Of a stretch of DNA of 52,570 nucleotides, positions 8,997 to 17,834 are shown one piece after another. The notes beneath the pieces are model-generated. The model saw only the letters and a program-made list of their open reading frames with translations, searched no databases and had not been told where the DNA came from. The translations under genes and the position numbers were made by a program. The stretch comes from Burkholderiales bacterium (lineage in GTDB: Bacteria > Pseudomonadota > Gammaproteobacteria > Burkholderiales > Casimicrobiaceae): assembly GCA_043719085.1 (NCBI GenBank), contig JAYSUK010000052.1:1-52570 (forward strand), read 5' to 3'. Positions within the stretch are counted from its first letter, which is position 1. The number at the start of each line of letters is the position of its first letter.

Positions 8997-9342
8997 GGAA
9001 AAAAATACCGCTCTCAATCTCTCCGAACACCTCGCCGTGCGCTCGCTCGCCGCGATTGCGCAGGCGCACCGATTGCGCGTGTTTCGCGCGTTGGTGGTGG
9101 CGGGCGAGGGCGGGCTCACGCCGGGCGCGCTTGCAGAGCTTTTGAGCGTGGCCCCGAGTTCGCTGTCGTTTCACCTGAAAGAGCTGACGTACTCGGGCCT
9201 CGCGAGCAGTGAAGCACGCGGTCGCAACCTGATTTATCGCGCTAATTTTGCGCAGATGAACGGGCTCTTGGCGTACCTCACGCAGCACTGTTGTCAGGGT
9301 GAGGCGTGTGAGGTAGCGGCGGTGAGTTGTGTGGCGTGTTAG
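8995..9342 (+). CDS. arsR: ArsR/SmtB repressor, C-terminal CC-x4-C type
   Basis: RLRVFRALV, SSLSFHLKEL, GRNLIYRA, HCCQGEAC. Confidence 0.92.
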   Translation: MEKNTALNLSEHLAVRSLAAIAQAHRLRVFRALVVAGEGGLTPGALAELLSVAPSSLSFHLKELTYSGLASSEARGRNLIYRANFAQMNGLLAYLTQHCCQGEACEVAAVSCVAC

Positions 9343-9350
9343 CCCAATCC

Positions 9351-9417
9351 TGTGGGAGCGGTTCCACCGCGAAAGCTAGATTCGGCACCTTCCAATCGCG
9401 GCGAAACCGCTCCCACA
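9351..9417. repeat. GTAG/GTGG-family REP doublet
   Basis: TGTGGGAGCGGTTCCACCGCGA...TCGCGGCGAAACCGCTCCCACA; related copies at 16827 and 43282. Confidence 0.85.
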
Positions 9418-9466
9418 AAACCGTAGCAATCATTCAACGTTCGACCACCAAAACGCGAGTCTTTTC

Positions 9467-9967
9467 ATGCCCAACTCTCCCCTCAACATCCTCTTCCTCT
9501 GCACCCACAATTCCGCGCGCAGCATCCTGGCCGAGGCGCTACTCAACGACATGGGTGGCGACAAATTCCGGGCGTTTTCTGCGGGCAGCAGCCCACGTGA
9601 AAATCAGCAACCGAATCCGTTCGCATTGCAGGCGCTGCAAAGCGCGGCCATCAGCATCGATGGCTTAAGCAGCAAAAGCTGGGACGTGTTCGCTGTGTCC
9701 GACGCGCCGAAGATGGACCTTGTGATCACCGTCTGCGACAACGCAGCGGGCGAGGCTTGCCCGTTCTGGCCGGGGCAACCGGCCACCGCGCATTGGGGCT
9801 ATCCTGATCCGTCGGAAACGCAAGGCAGTGATGCGGAAAAGCTCGCCGCATTCCGGCAAACCATGCTCATGATCCAGAAGCGGCTACAACTGTTGGTCAG
9901 TCTGCCGCTGGCAGGGGTGAATACGCTGATGCTGCAGAACGAAGCACGCAATTTGTCCAAAGCATGA
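9467..9967 (+). CDS. arsC: Arsenate reductase, LMW-PTP (thioredoxin-coupled) type
   Basis: LFLCTHNSARS P-loop; ITVCDNAAGEACP; HWGYPDP. Confidence 0.93.
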   Translation: MPNSPLNILFLCTHNSARSILAEALLNDMGGDKFRAFSAGSSPRENQQPNPFALQALQSAAISIDGLSSKSWDVFAVSDAPKMDLVITVCDNAAGEACPFWPGQPATAHWGYPDPSETQGSDAEKLAAFRQTMLMIQKRLQLLVSLPLAGVNTLMLQNEARNLSKA

Positions 9968-10662
9968 CCGCCGCACACGTTGCGGAGTCGAGCTTCGGGC
10001 AAAAGCTTTTCGCTGAGTTCGTGGGCACGGCAATGCTGCTGTGTACCGTCATTGGCTCCGGGATCATGGCCGAGAATTTAAGCGGCGGCAACGTCGCGGT
10101 TGCGCTGCTGGCCAACACGCTGGCGACGGTGTTCGCGCTGTACGTATTGATCGAAGCGCTGGGGCCTGTCAGCGGCGCGCACTTCAACCCTGTGGTCACG
10201 TTGATGGTCGCCTACCGTGACAAATTCGGGGGCGGGCTGGTTGGCGGTAATTCGGCCGCCATCGCTGCGCTATTCATCGTTGTTCAATTGCTGGGTGCTG
10301 TCGCTGGTGCGTGGCTTGCGCACGCGATGTTCGATCTACCGATCCTGCAAACCAGCAGCAAAATCCGCGCAGGTTGGGGCCAGTGGATCGCCGAGGCTGT
10401 AGCCACTGGAGGCTTGATTTTTGTGATTTTGCGTGCCCCAGCAGGCAAGGCTAGCGCGATGGTCGCCTGCTACATCGGTGCAGCGTACTGGTTCACCGCC
10501 AGCACCTCATTTGCCAATCCAGCAGCCGTGATGGGGCGCATGCTCACTGAAAGTTTTGCGGGAATCGCGCCGGAAAACGCGGTGGCGTTTGTGCTGGCGC
10601 AATTTGGGGGTGGCGTGGCGGGAGTGATGGCGGCAAATTGCCTTAACCGGCCACGAGGTTAA
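9964..10662 (+). CDS. MIP/aquaporin family channel (AqpS-like arsenite channel)
   Basis: AEFVGT, SGAHFNPVVT, STSFANPA; coupled to arsC. Confidence 0.9.
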   Translation: MTAAHVAESSFGQKLFAEFVGTAMLLCTVIGSGIMAENLSGGNVAVALLANTLATVFALYVLIEALGPVSGAHFNPVVTLMVAYRDKFGGGLVGGNSAAIAALFIVVQLLGAVAGAWLAHAMFDLPILQTSSKIRAGWGQWIAEAVATGGLIFVILRAPAGKASAMVACYIGAAYWFTASTSFANPAAVMGRMLTESFAGIAPENAVAFVLAQFGGGVAGVMAANCLNRPRG

Positions 10663-10703
10663 CCGCCCGTAAATCGAAGCTCGTGGCGAGCTTTGCCTCT
10701 TTG

Positions 10704-10751
10704 GCTTCTCTCAGCAAGCCCAATAAGTACGCGGGCAAAGGCAACAAATTT
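10704..10751. repeat. 114-bp dyad element, copy D, left part (interrupted by IS1595)
   Basis: Joined to 13537-13602 it restores GGG at positions 30-32, TCGA at 56-59, AGCCC at 81-85 and TTTCAGC at 100-106. Confidence 0.65.
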
Positions 10752-10783
10752 GGGAACTATATACATAGCTAGCCATAAATAAC

Positions 10784-10811
10784 TTGACTAGCCGGATTAA
10801 ATATCTATAAT
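10784..10811 (+). promoter_or_regulatory. Sigma70 promoter for the IS transposase
   Basis: TTGACT-16 bp-TATAAT upstream of ATG 10840. Confidence 0.6.
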
Positions 10812-10839
10812 TGCATCTAACTAGCCAAGTGGGTGCAGC

Positions 10840-11778
10840 ATGGATAAGCCAGAAACAATCAGCGTTTACCAGTTTTTTAAACAGTTTCCAGACGAAAATT
10901 CTGCGCGCCTGTACTTTGAAAACAACCGCTGGGGCAACACAAAAGCTTGCCCTCATTGCGGTAGCGTCTCCGTGTCTGAGGTCAAAGACCACAAACCGAT
11001 GGCATACCGCTGCAAGGATTGCCGCAAGCATTTCAGCGTACGCACTGGCACTGTCCTAGAAGAGTCAAAGCTTCCCCTGCAAAAGTGGTTGATGGCTATC
11101 TACATGATGACCACAGCGCGGAAGGGCATTCCTTCTACACAGATGGCCCGTGAACTCGGTTGTACTCAGAAGAGCGCTTGGTTTCTCGCGCAACGTATCC
11201 GCGAATGCTGGCTTAGCGGTTCCGCCTCAGATGTAGGCGGTGGCGGCAAGCTCGGCGGGACGGTTGAAGTTGACGAGGCTTTCGTAGGCGGCAAAGAAAC
11301 CAACAAGCACGCCAGCAAACGCGTCAACAAGGGCCGTGGTTCAGTCGGCAAAGCTATCGTCGTGGGTATCAAGCAACGTGACGGCGTCGTGATCGCTAAG
11401 CGCGTCCCAGACACCACCGCGCCTACCCTGCAATCCTTCATCACCAACAACGTAGCCCGTGGTTCAACTGTCTACACTGACAGCGCCAGCTACTACAAAT
11501 CGCTTCGCGGCTTCCGTCACGATTCGGTGAATCACTCGGTTGGTGAGTACGTTTGCAACCAAGCCCACACCAACGGCATCGAAAGCTTCTGGGCACTCTT
11601 GAAACGCTCACACTATGGCATTCACCACTACATGAGCCACAAGCACCTACATCGCTACGTGAATGAGGCGGCATTCCGCCACAACACCAAGACTCTCGGC
11701 ACGATGAAATTCATCGACGCCACAATCGGACAAATGAACGACCGTCGCCTGACTTACAAGGACTTGATCAATGGCTAA
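10840..11778 (+). CDS. IS1595-family DDE transposase
   Basis: Zn ribbon CPHC...CKDC; VEVDEAFVGG, VYTD, HTNGIESFWALLKR, YVNEAAFRHN. Confidence 0.95.
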   Translation: MDKPETISVYQFFKQFPDENSARLYFENNRWGNTKACPHCGSVSVSEVKDHKPMAYRCKDCRKHFSVRTGTVLEESKLPLQKWLMAIYMMTTARKGIPSTQMARELGCTQKSAWFLAQRIRECWLSGSASDVGGGGKLGGTVEVDEAFVGGKETNKHASKRVNKGRGSVGKAIVVGIKQRDGVVIAKRVPDTTAPTLQSFITNNVARGSTVYTDSASYYKSLRGFRHDSVNHSVGEYVCNQAHTNGIESFWALLKRSHYGIHHYMSHKHLHRYVNEAAFRHNTKTLGTMKFIDATIGQMNDRRLTYKDLING

Positions 11779-12712
11779 GAAAACAGAAAAGATTATTGAG
11801 CCAATTACCGCTCCATTTGACCGAGTTGCAAAGGCGATGATTGCCAGCGCCTCGCCAAAAGCGAAAGGGAAGGCAGCAGGCTCAATCCTTGTCCAAGGCG
11901 CAGAAATCCATCTCATGGAGAAAGGCGCGGAGGACTACATTAGCCTAACCGACATGACCAAGAACTTTGATGGCTCTGATCAGTTGATCAAAAACTGGCT
12001 ACAAAACAGAAATACCCTTGACTTCTTAGGGGTTTGGGAAAAGCTGAATAACCCCAGTTTTAATCTGGTGGAATTCCACCAGATTAAACAGCAGGAGGGG
12101 CTAAATCGGTTTGTTGTTTCGGTCAAGTCTTGGGTAGAGAAGACTGGCAGTATTGGCCTTGTTGCTCAGGCCGGACGCTATGGCGGCACATTCGCCCACA
12201 AGGACATTGCATTTGAGTTTGGCTCTTGGCTTAGTCCCGAGTTCAAACTGCACCTCATCAAAGAGTTTCAGCGGCTCAAGGAGCTTGAAACCGCATCGAC
12301 AGGCGAAATTCAGTGGGATATTCGTCGAACGCTAGCCAAGGCGCAATACCGTGTCCACACAGATGCCATCAAAAATCATCTGATTCCGAAAGAATTGAGC
12401 AAGGCGCAAGAGGGCTACATCTACGCGAACGAAGCTGATTTACTGAATGTTGCAGTGTTCGGTAAGACAGCTCGGGAATGGCGATCCGACAATCCATCAA
12501 TTCAGGGCACCCAACGCGACCACGCGACCATTGAGCAACTTATAGTCCTCGGCAGCTTGGAGAGCCAAAACGCGCTGCTGATTCAGCAGGGCAAGCCATC
12601 AGGGGAACGAATCAAAACCTTGAATTACCTAGCGCGGCAACAGCTTCAGTCGCTCCTGACGAACCCAACCGTGAAGCAACTTTCTGATAAGCCGCTGCTC
12701 AAGGGCAATTAA
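11771..12712 (+). CDS. KilA-N domain DNA-binding protein (IS passenger)
   Basis: DYISLTDM, IKNWLQNRNTLDFLGVWE, GRYGGTFAHKDIAFEFGSWLSPEFKL, YANEADLLN. Confidence 0.88.
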   Translation: MAKKTEKIIEPITAPFDRVAKAMIASASPKAKGKAAGSILVQGAEIHLMEKGAEDYISLTDMTKNFDGSDQLIKNWLQNRNTLDFLGVWEKLNNPSFNLVEFHQIKQQEGLNRFVVSVKSWVEKTGSIGLVAQAGRYGGTFAHKDIAFEFGSWLSPEFKLHLIKEFQRLKELETASTGEIQWDIRRTLAKAQYRVHTDAIKNHLIPKELSKAQEGYIYANEADLLNVAVFGKTAREWRSDNPSIQGTQRDHATIEQLIVLGSLESQNALLIQQGKPSGERIKTLNYLARQQLQSLLTNPTVKQLSDKPLLKGN

Positions 12713-12732
12713 AAAAATTTACTGTACCTACG

Positions 12733-12765
12733 CGCGCCCCTTCAATGCCCTGCGGGGCGCTTTTT
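12733..12765 (+). terminator. Possible intrinsic terminator after the KilA-N gene
   Basis: GCGCCCC...GGGGCGC stem followed by TTTTT. Confidence 0.5.
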
Positions 12766-12829
12766 ACGTTGACGAATTTCACGAAAAAAGCCTATCAACG
12801 CCACCGCCGTTAGTATCATTAGCGCAAAC

Positions 12830-13489
12830 ATGGACAACAGCGCGATTGACAGACAAATAGCGTCGAAGAGGGACAGGCGAATGCTCGGTATTGGTCTGCA
12901 CGGATGGGAGCAGGCGATGATCGCATCGCTTGCATTTGCCGGTGTTGCAGCGGTAGCAGTCGGCGTCTGCACTTGGGCCGTCGTGAGGCTGACCCGCGAA
13001 GAAAATGCATCAAAAGATGCCTCCCTTGCGACATACCAAGCGGACGCGGGGAAACTGATAGCAGATGCGCAAAGCAGGGCGGCAACCGCGAACGAGCGGG
13101 CTGAGCGCCTTAAAAAGTCACTGGCTTGGCGCGAGGTATCCACGAGCCAGCGAGACAACATCAAGACCGCGCTAGCTGGTGCTTCCTTCGATGTCAGCTT
13201 GACATGGGTTGCCGGAGACGCGGAAGGCTCTGAGTATGCCCAGAGCGTTGGACAAGCCCTCAGAGAGGCGGGACTAAATATTGTTGCATTCTCTCCAATG
13301 GCGTATCTCGGCAATGAGCCGCACGGTTTGAATGTCAACGGGAATAAACGCTCCGAGGTCAAGGCGCTGGCTGAGGCACTGCGTAAGGGGCCCCTCGAAG
13401 ATGTAACGCTTGGGTACGCAAAAGAGGAGCGTGAACTGATCACGCATCTGCGTGTCGGATACCGCAAAAGGCCAGCGCTACCAAAATGA
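12830..13489 (+). CDS. Membrane-anchored hypothetical protein (TM, coiled coil, alpha/beta domain; IS passenger)
   Basis: Hydrophobic segment AMIASLAFAGVAAVAVGVCTWAVV, Ala-rich heptads, globular C-terminus; alternative ATG at 12881. Confidence 0.7.
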   Translation: MDNSAIDRQIASKRDRRMLGIGLHGWEQAMIASLAFAGVAAVAVGVCTWAVVRLTREENASKDASLATYQADAGKLIADAQSRAATANERAERLKKSLAWREVSTSQRDNIKTALAGASFDVSLTWVAGDAEGSEYAQSVGQALREAGLNIVAFSPMAYLGNEPHGLNVNGNKRSEVKALAEALRKGPLEDVTLGYAKEERELITHLRVGYRKRPALPK

Positions 13490-13536
13490 CCAGCCAAAAG
13501 CGCATGGCTAGTCATGTATATAGTTCCCACAAATTT

Positions 13537-13602
13537 CGCATTCTCGACTTTTACGGTTTATCAGCTCAAGCCCTCATCCCGCAGTCGTTTCAGCCAATAG
13601 TT
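13537..13602. repeat. 114-bp dyad element, copy D, right part
   Basis: TCGAC (13544), AAGCCC (13568) and TTTCAGCCAATAGTT (13588) at the same spacing as in copies A-C. Confidence 0.7.
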
Positions 13603-13672
13603 GATTGCGCACAGGGTCGACGCTGCATGTCGGCGGAGGGCGCGAAACTACAACCGGCACGCAGCGCGACTA

Positions 13673-13690
13673 CTGCAATATTGCTGTCAC
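13673..13690 (+). promoter_or_regulatory. Pho box
   Basis: CTGCAAT-ATTG-CTGTCAC, 11-bp period, upstream of pstS. Confidence 0.65.
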
Positions 13691-13801
13691 AAAACTTGGT
13701 GAAAATTTAGGGACTAAAAAAGGGAAGTTATTCCCTCCTCCTCCGGGACACGCTCGATTGCGGACGTGGATCCCATCGCAGAACCAAGTAAAGGACACAT
13801 C

Positions 13802-14842
13802 ATGCGTTTTTCGCACAAGATTCTCGGCCTCGCTGCTGCCATGGCAGTCAGCGCGTCGGCCTCAGTAGCCTTCGCGCAAGCCACCATTACCGGTGCCGGT
13901 GCCACGTTCCCGTTTCCCATTTACGCCAAGTGGGCAGATGAGTACAAAAAAGCCACCGGCATCGCGATGAACTATCAGTCCATCGGTTCGGGTGGCGGCA
14001 TCAAGCAGATTCAGGCCAAAACGGTGGACTTCGGTGCGTCCGACATGCCATTGGCTGCTGATGCGCTGGCCAAAGACGGACTGGTGCAGTTCCCGGCCAT
14101 CATCGGTGGCGTGGTGCCCGTAACCAACATGGATTCAGTCAAACCAGGCGAGATGAAATTGACCGGCCCGGTGCTCGCCGACATTTATCTCGGCAAGATC
14201 AAAACCTGGAACGACAAGGCAATCACGGATCTGAATCCCGGCCTGAAGCTTGACGGCCCGATCACTGTAGTTCGCCGCTCGGATGGCTCAGGCACAACGT
14301 TCTTGTTCGTCGATTACCTGGCCAAGGTTTCGCCAGAGTGGAAGTCCAAAGTGGGCGTCGGCGCTGCGGTGTCGTGGCCGGAAGGTGTGGGCGGAAAAGG
14401 TAATGAAGGCGTGGCGCAGTACGTGCAGCGCATCAAGGGCTCGATTGGTTACGTTGAATATGCGTACGCCAAGAAAAACAAGCTTGACCACATCGCGATG
14501 AAGAACAAAGACGGCCAATTCGTGCAGCCTGACGATACTTCCTTCGCCGCGTCATCCGCGGGCGCCGACTGGAAAAACACGCCGGGCATGGCGGTGGTGT
14601 TGACCGATCAGCCCGGCGCAAAAAGCTGGCCAATGACCGGCGCGTCATTCATCCTGATGCACGCCAAACCGGCCAAACCTGAGTCGTCACGCGAAGTGCT
14701 GAAGTTCTTCGAATGGGCGCTCAAAAATGGCCAAAAATCGGCCTCAGAACTGGAATACGTTCCGCTCCCGCCAGCAACTGTTTCGTTGATGCAGGCCGAA
14801 TGGAAAAAAGTGACGGACGCGTCGGGCAAGGCCGTGTTCTGA
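13802..14842 (+). CDS. pstS: Phosphate ABC transporter binding protein
   Basis: Signal peptide; GAGATFP, YQSIGSGGG, DFGASD, RSDGSGTT, GKGNEGV. Confidence 0.97.
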   Translation: MRFSHKILGLAAAMAVSASASVAFAQATITGAGATFPFPIYAKWADEYKKATGIAMNYQSIGSGGGIKQIQAKTVDFGASDMPLAADALAKDGLVQFPAIIGGVVPVTNMDSVKPGEMKLTGPVLADIYLGKIKTWNDKAITDLNPGLKLDGPITVVRRSDGSGTTFLFVDYLAKVSPEWKSKVGVGAAVSWPEGVGGKGNEGVAQYVQRIKGSIGYVEYAYAKKNKLDHIAMKNKDGQFVQPDDTSFAASSAGADWKNTPGMAVVLTDQPGAKSWPMTGASFILMHAKPAKPESSREVLKFFEWALKNGQKSASELEYVPLPPATVSLMQAEWKKVTDASGKAVF

Positions 14843-14867
14843 TCTAGTTGATTTTGAAGAGACTGGT

Positions 14868-14894
14868 GACTCGTTGGCGTAATGCCAACGAGTC
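14868..14894 (+). other. Stem-loop after pstS (mRNA stabiliser or attenuator)
   Basis: GACTCGTTGGC-gtaat-GCCAACGAGTC perfect 11-bp stem. Confidence 0.6.
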
Positions 14895-14971
14895 TCTGTC
14901 TTTTCAGAGCGCACTTTGCTTGATAAAGTGCGCGCCGAAAAGATAAACGAAAAGATAACTTGGGGGACACG

Positions 14972-15934
14972 ATGTCATCCGACGTGGGTAGCAGCAAAGC
15001 GAACAGCTTTGCGTTGCAAGACAAAATTTTTGGCTACAGCACGCAGTTCTTCGCGCTGCTGGTGCTGGTAACACTGGTTGGCATCGTCGGCTCGTTGTTC
15101 ATGGGCTCCTGGCAAACCTTGACCCAGACCGGGCCGAAGTTCTTTGTGACGGACACTTGGGATCCGGTGCGCAATCTTTACGGCGGCATGGCCCCGCTGT
15201 GGGGCACCATCATCACTGCCGTCATCGCGCTGCTTATTGGCGTGCCGGTGAGTTTCGGTATCGCCATTTTCTTGACCGAAATGTGCCCGCCCATACTGAA
15301 GCGCCCGCTGGGCACGGCGGTGGAACTGCTGGCCGCGATTCCGTCGATCATTTACGGCATGTGGGGCTTGTTCATTTTCGCGCCATTGTTCGCGGAGACC
15401 TTGCAGCCGGTGATGATCAATACGCTGGGCAAGATTCCGGTGATCGGTGTTGTATTTCAAGGCACACCGAACGGGTTTGGCGTGTTCACGGCGGGCGTGA
15501 TTCTGTCGGTGATGGTGATTCCGTTCATCGCGTCGGTGATGCGCGACGTGTTCGACACTACGCCGCCGATTCTCAAAGAATCCGCATACGGGCTGGGCGC
15601 AACAACGTGGGAAGTGGTGTGGAACGTGGTGCTGCCCTACACCAAGGCTGGCGTCATTGGCGGCATCATGCTGGGCCTCGGTCGCGCGCTAGGCGAGACG
15701 ATGGCGGTGACATTTGTCATCGGCAACGCGTACAACATTTCGGCCAAACTGTTTGAACCCGGCAATTCGATTGCATCGTCGTTGGCCAACGAGTTCAACG
15801 AAGCGTCCGATCCCGCCCATTTGTCGGCACTTATCACGCTTGGCCTGACCTTGTTCGTGTTGTCGTTCTGCGTGCTGGCGGCTTCGCGCTGGATGCTCTC
15901 GACCCTGACCAAGCGCGAGGGAAAACGCACATGA
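14972..15934 (+). CDS. pstC: Phosphate ABC permease
   Basis: ELLAAIPSIIYGMWG, KESAYGLGAT, LGRALGETMAV. Confidence 0.96.
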   Translation: MSSDVGSSKANSFALQDKIFGYSTQFFALLVLVTLVGIVGSLFMGSWQTLTQTGPKFFVTDTWDPVRNLYGGMAPLWGTIITAVIALLIGVPVSFGIAIFLTEMCPPILKRPLGTAVELLAAIPSIIYGMWGLFIFAPLFAETLQPVMINTLGKIPVIGVVFQGTPNGFGVFTAGVILSVMVIPFIASVMRDVFDTTPPILKESAYGLGATTWEVVWNVVLPYTKAGVIGGIMLGLGRALGETMAVTFVIGNAYNISAKLFEPGNSIASSLANEFNEASDPAHLSALITLGLTLFVLSFCVLAASRWMLSTLTKREGKRT

Positions 15935-16824
15935 GTGCCGCCCCAACGTTGCCCACAAGCATCGGCAAATCACTGGCCTCGCCCGACAACCCGATCTACA
16001 AAAAGCGGGTATGGGTCAACCGTTTCAACATGGTGATGTCGCTGGCCACCATGGCGTTCGGCATGATCTTTCTATTGTGGATTTTGTTTACGCTGTTTAG
16101 CAAGGGGCTCGCTGCGTTTGGCCCCGCCCTGTTCACGCAAATGACGCCACCCCCCGGTTCAGACGGTGGGTTGGCGAACGCGATTTTCGGTAGCCTGATG
16201 ATCGTCGGTTCGGCAATTTTTATTGCGACACCGATTGGCATCATGGCAGGCATTTATCTCGCGGAAGTGGCCCGCGACAACTGGGTTGCGAAGATCACGC
16301 GGTTCATCAACGACATCTTGTTGTCCGCGCCATCCATCGTAATCGGCCTGTTTGTGTACACGCTGATTGTGGCCAACGTGAAGCACTACTCCGGTTGGGC
16401 GGGTGCCGTGGCGCTGGCCATCATCGCAGTGCCGGTGGTGGTGCGTACGACTGAAACCATGTTGTTGCTGGTGCCAAATAGTATGCGCGAAGCCGCCGTT
16501 GCGCTCGGTGCGCCGCAGTGGCGGGTGGTGCTGATGGTGACCTTGAAATCGGTTCAGGGCGGCGTGGTCACGGGCGTGCTGCTCGCCCTCGCGCGCATCT
16601 CGGGCGAAACCGCGCCGTTGCTATTTACGTCATTGAACAACCAGTTCTGGAGCAGCGACATGAACGCGCCGATGGCCAATCTGCCGGTCGCGATATTCCA
16701 GTTCGCGATGAGTCCCTATGAAGAGTGGCAGCGCCTGGCATGGGCCGGTGCGCTGTTGATCACGCTCACTGTGCTGCTGCTCAACATCATCGCCCGGACG
16801 TTGTTCCGGCAAAAAAGTCAGTGA
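15931..16824 (+). CDS. pstA: Phosphate ABC permease
   Basis: LSAPSIVIGLF, REAAVALGA, ARISGETAPLLFT. Confidence 0.96.
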   Translation: MSAAPTLPTSIGKSLASPDNPIYKKRVWVNRFNMVMSLATMAFGMIFLLWILFTLFSKGLAAFGPALFTQMTPPPGSDGGLANAIFGSLMIVGSAIFIATPIGIMAGIYLAEVARDNWVAKITRFINDILLSAPSIVIGLFVYTLIVANVKHYSGWAGAVALAIIAVPVVVRTTETMLLLVPNSMREAAVALGAPQWRVVLMVTLKSVQGGVVTGVLLALARISGETAPLLFTSLNNQFWSSDMNAPMANLPVAIFQFAMSPYEEWQRLAWAGALLITLTVLLLNIIARTLFRQKSQ

Positions 16825-16826
16825 CC

Positions 16827-16892
16827 TGTAGGAGCGGCTCTGCCGCGACCCACGTCGAAATGAAGCCTGGTCGCGGCGAAGCCGCTCCTACA
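16827..16892. repeat. GTAG-family REP doublet
   Basis: TGTAGGAGCGGCTCTGCCGCGA...TCGCGGCGAAGCCGCTCCTACA. Confidence 0.85.
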
Positions 16893-16912
16893 AAACATCA
16901 GAGAAGATAAAC

Positions 16913-17713
16913 ATGGCATTTCAAGTAGCCCTCGGTGACACCAATGTCGCAGAAGTCGCAGCCACCAAAATCGGCATCAGAAACCTCAACTTTTTCTACG
17001 GCACTTTCCAAGGCCTGAGGAACATTACGCTCGACATTCCTGAGCGTCAGGTGACCGCCTTCATCGGGCCATCTGGCTGCGGTAAATCGACGCTGCTGCG
17101 TACTTTGAACCGAATGTATTCGCTGTATCCCGGCCAGCGCGCCGAGGGCGAAATCAATCTCAACGGCGTTAACGTGCTTGACCCCAAGCATGACCTGAAC
17201 GCATTGCGTGGGCAGGTCGGCATGGTGTTTCAAAAGCCGACGCCGTTCCCGATGTCGATCTACGACAACATCGCGTTCGGCGTAAAGCTTTACGAGAAGC
17301 TCAACAAGGGCGACATGGACGAGCGCGTTGAGTGGGCTTTGCGAAAAGCGGCGCTGTGGACTGAGGCGAAAGATAAGCTGAATCAGAGTGGTTTATCGCT
17401 ATCTGGCGGCCAGCAGCAACGATTGTGCATCGCGCGCGGCATCGCAGTGAAGCCTGAAGTGTTGTTGCTCGACGAACCTACCTCCGCGCTTGATCCTATT
17501 TCAACCGCGCGCATCGAAGAGCTGGTTAGCGAATTGCGCACTGATTACACCATCGTAATGGTGACCCACAACATGCAGCAGGCCGCGAGAGTGTCGCAGC
17601 ACACCGCGTACATGTATCTCGGCGAGCTCATCGAATTCACCCCAACTGCGCAGATATTTGTGAAACCAAAAGACAAGCGCACTGAGGACTACATCACAGG
17701 CCGGTTCGGCTAG
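16913..17713 (+). CDS. pstB: Phosphate ABC ATPase
   Basis: [44 protein letters not shown]. Confidence 0.97.
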   Translation: MAFQVALGDTNVAEVAATKIGIRNLNFFYGTFQGLRNITLDIPERQVTAFIGPSGCGKSTLLRTLNRMYSLYPGQRAEGEINLNGVNVLDPKHDLNALRGQVGMVFQKPTPFPMSIYDNIAFGVKLYEKLNKGDMDERVEWALRKAALWTEAKDKLNQSGLSLSGGQQQRLCIARGIAVKPEVLLLDEPTSALDPISTARIEELVSELRTDYTIVMVTHNMQQAARVSQHTAYMYLGELIEFTPTAQIFVKPKDKRTEDYITGRFG

Positions 17714-17721
17714 GCAAGAAG

Positions 17722-17814
17722 CCGTTCGCGCTGAGGCTTGCCGTCGTTCGACGGCGCTAAGGATGACCGGATAGATTGATCATCAAACCCAACGCTCGCG
17801 CTCAGGGCGAACGG
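17722..17814. repeat. Degenerate CGTTC-type palindromic repeat
   Basis: CCGTTCGCGCTGAG ... CTCAGGGCGAACGG inverted ends. Confidence 0.6.
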
Positions 17815-17834
17815 ATTAAAGAAGGACCGACGAC

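Larger units (their letters stand above)
10752..13528 (+). mobile_element. IS1595-family element (ISNwi1-like) with two passenger genes, 2777 bp
   Basis: IRs GGGAACTATATACATAGCTAGCCAT and GGGAACTATATACATGACTAGCCAT (23/25 match); perfect 8-bp TSD ACAAATTT at 10744-10751 and 13529-13536; lower GC than flanks. Confidence 0.95.

Noticed and set aside
8707-9288. 193-aa minus-strand ORF
   Set aside because: Chimera of arsR antisense and the arsH 5' fragment
12742-13530. 262-aa minus-strand ORF in the IS
   Set aside because: Antisense to the more protein-like plus-strand ORF, starts within the TSD/IR, and has Ser/Ala/Arg-rich shadow composition
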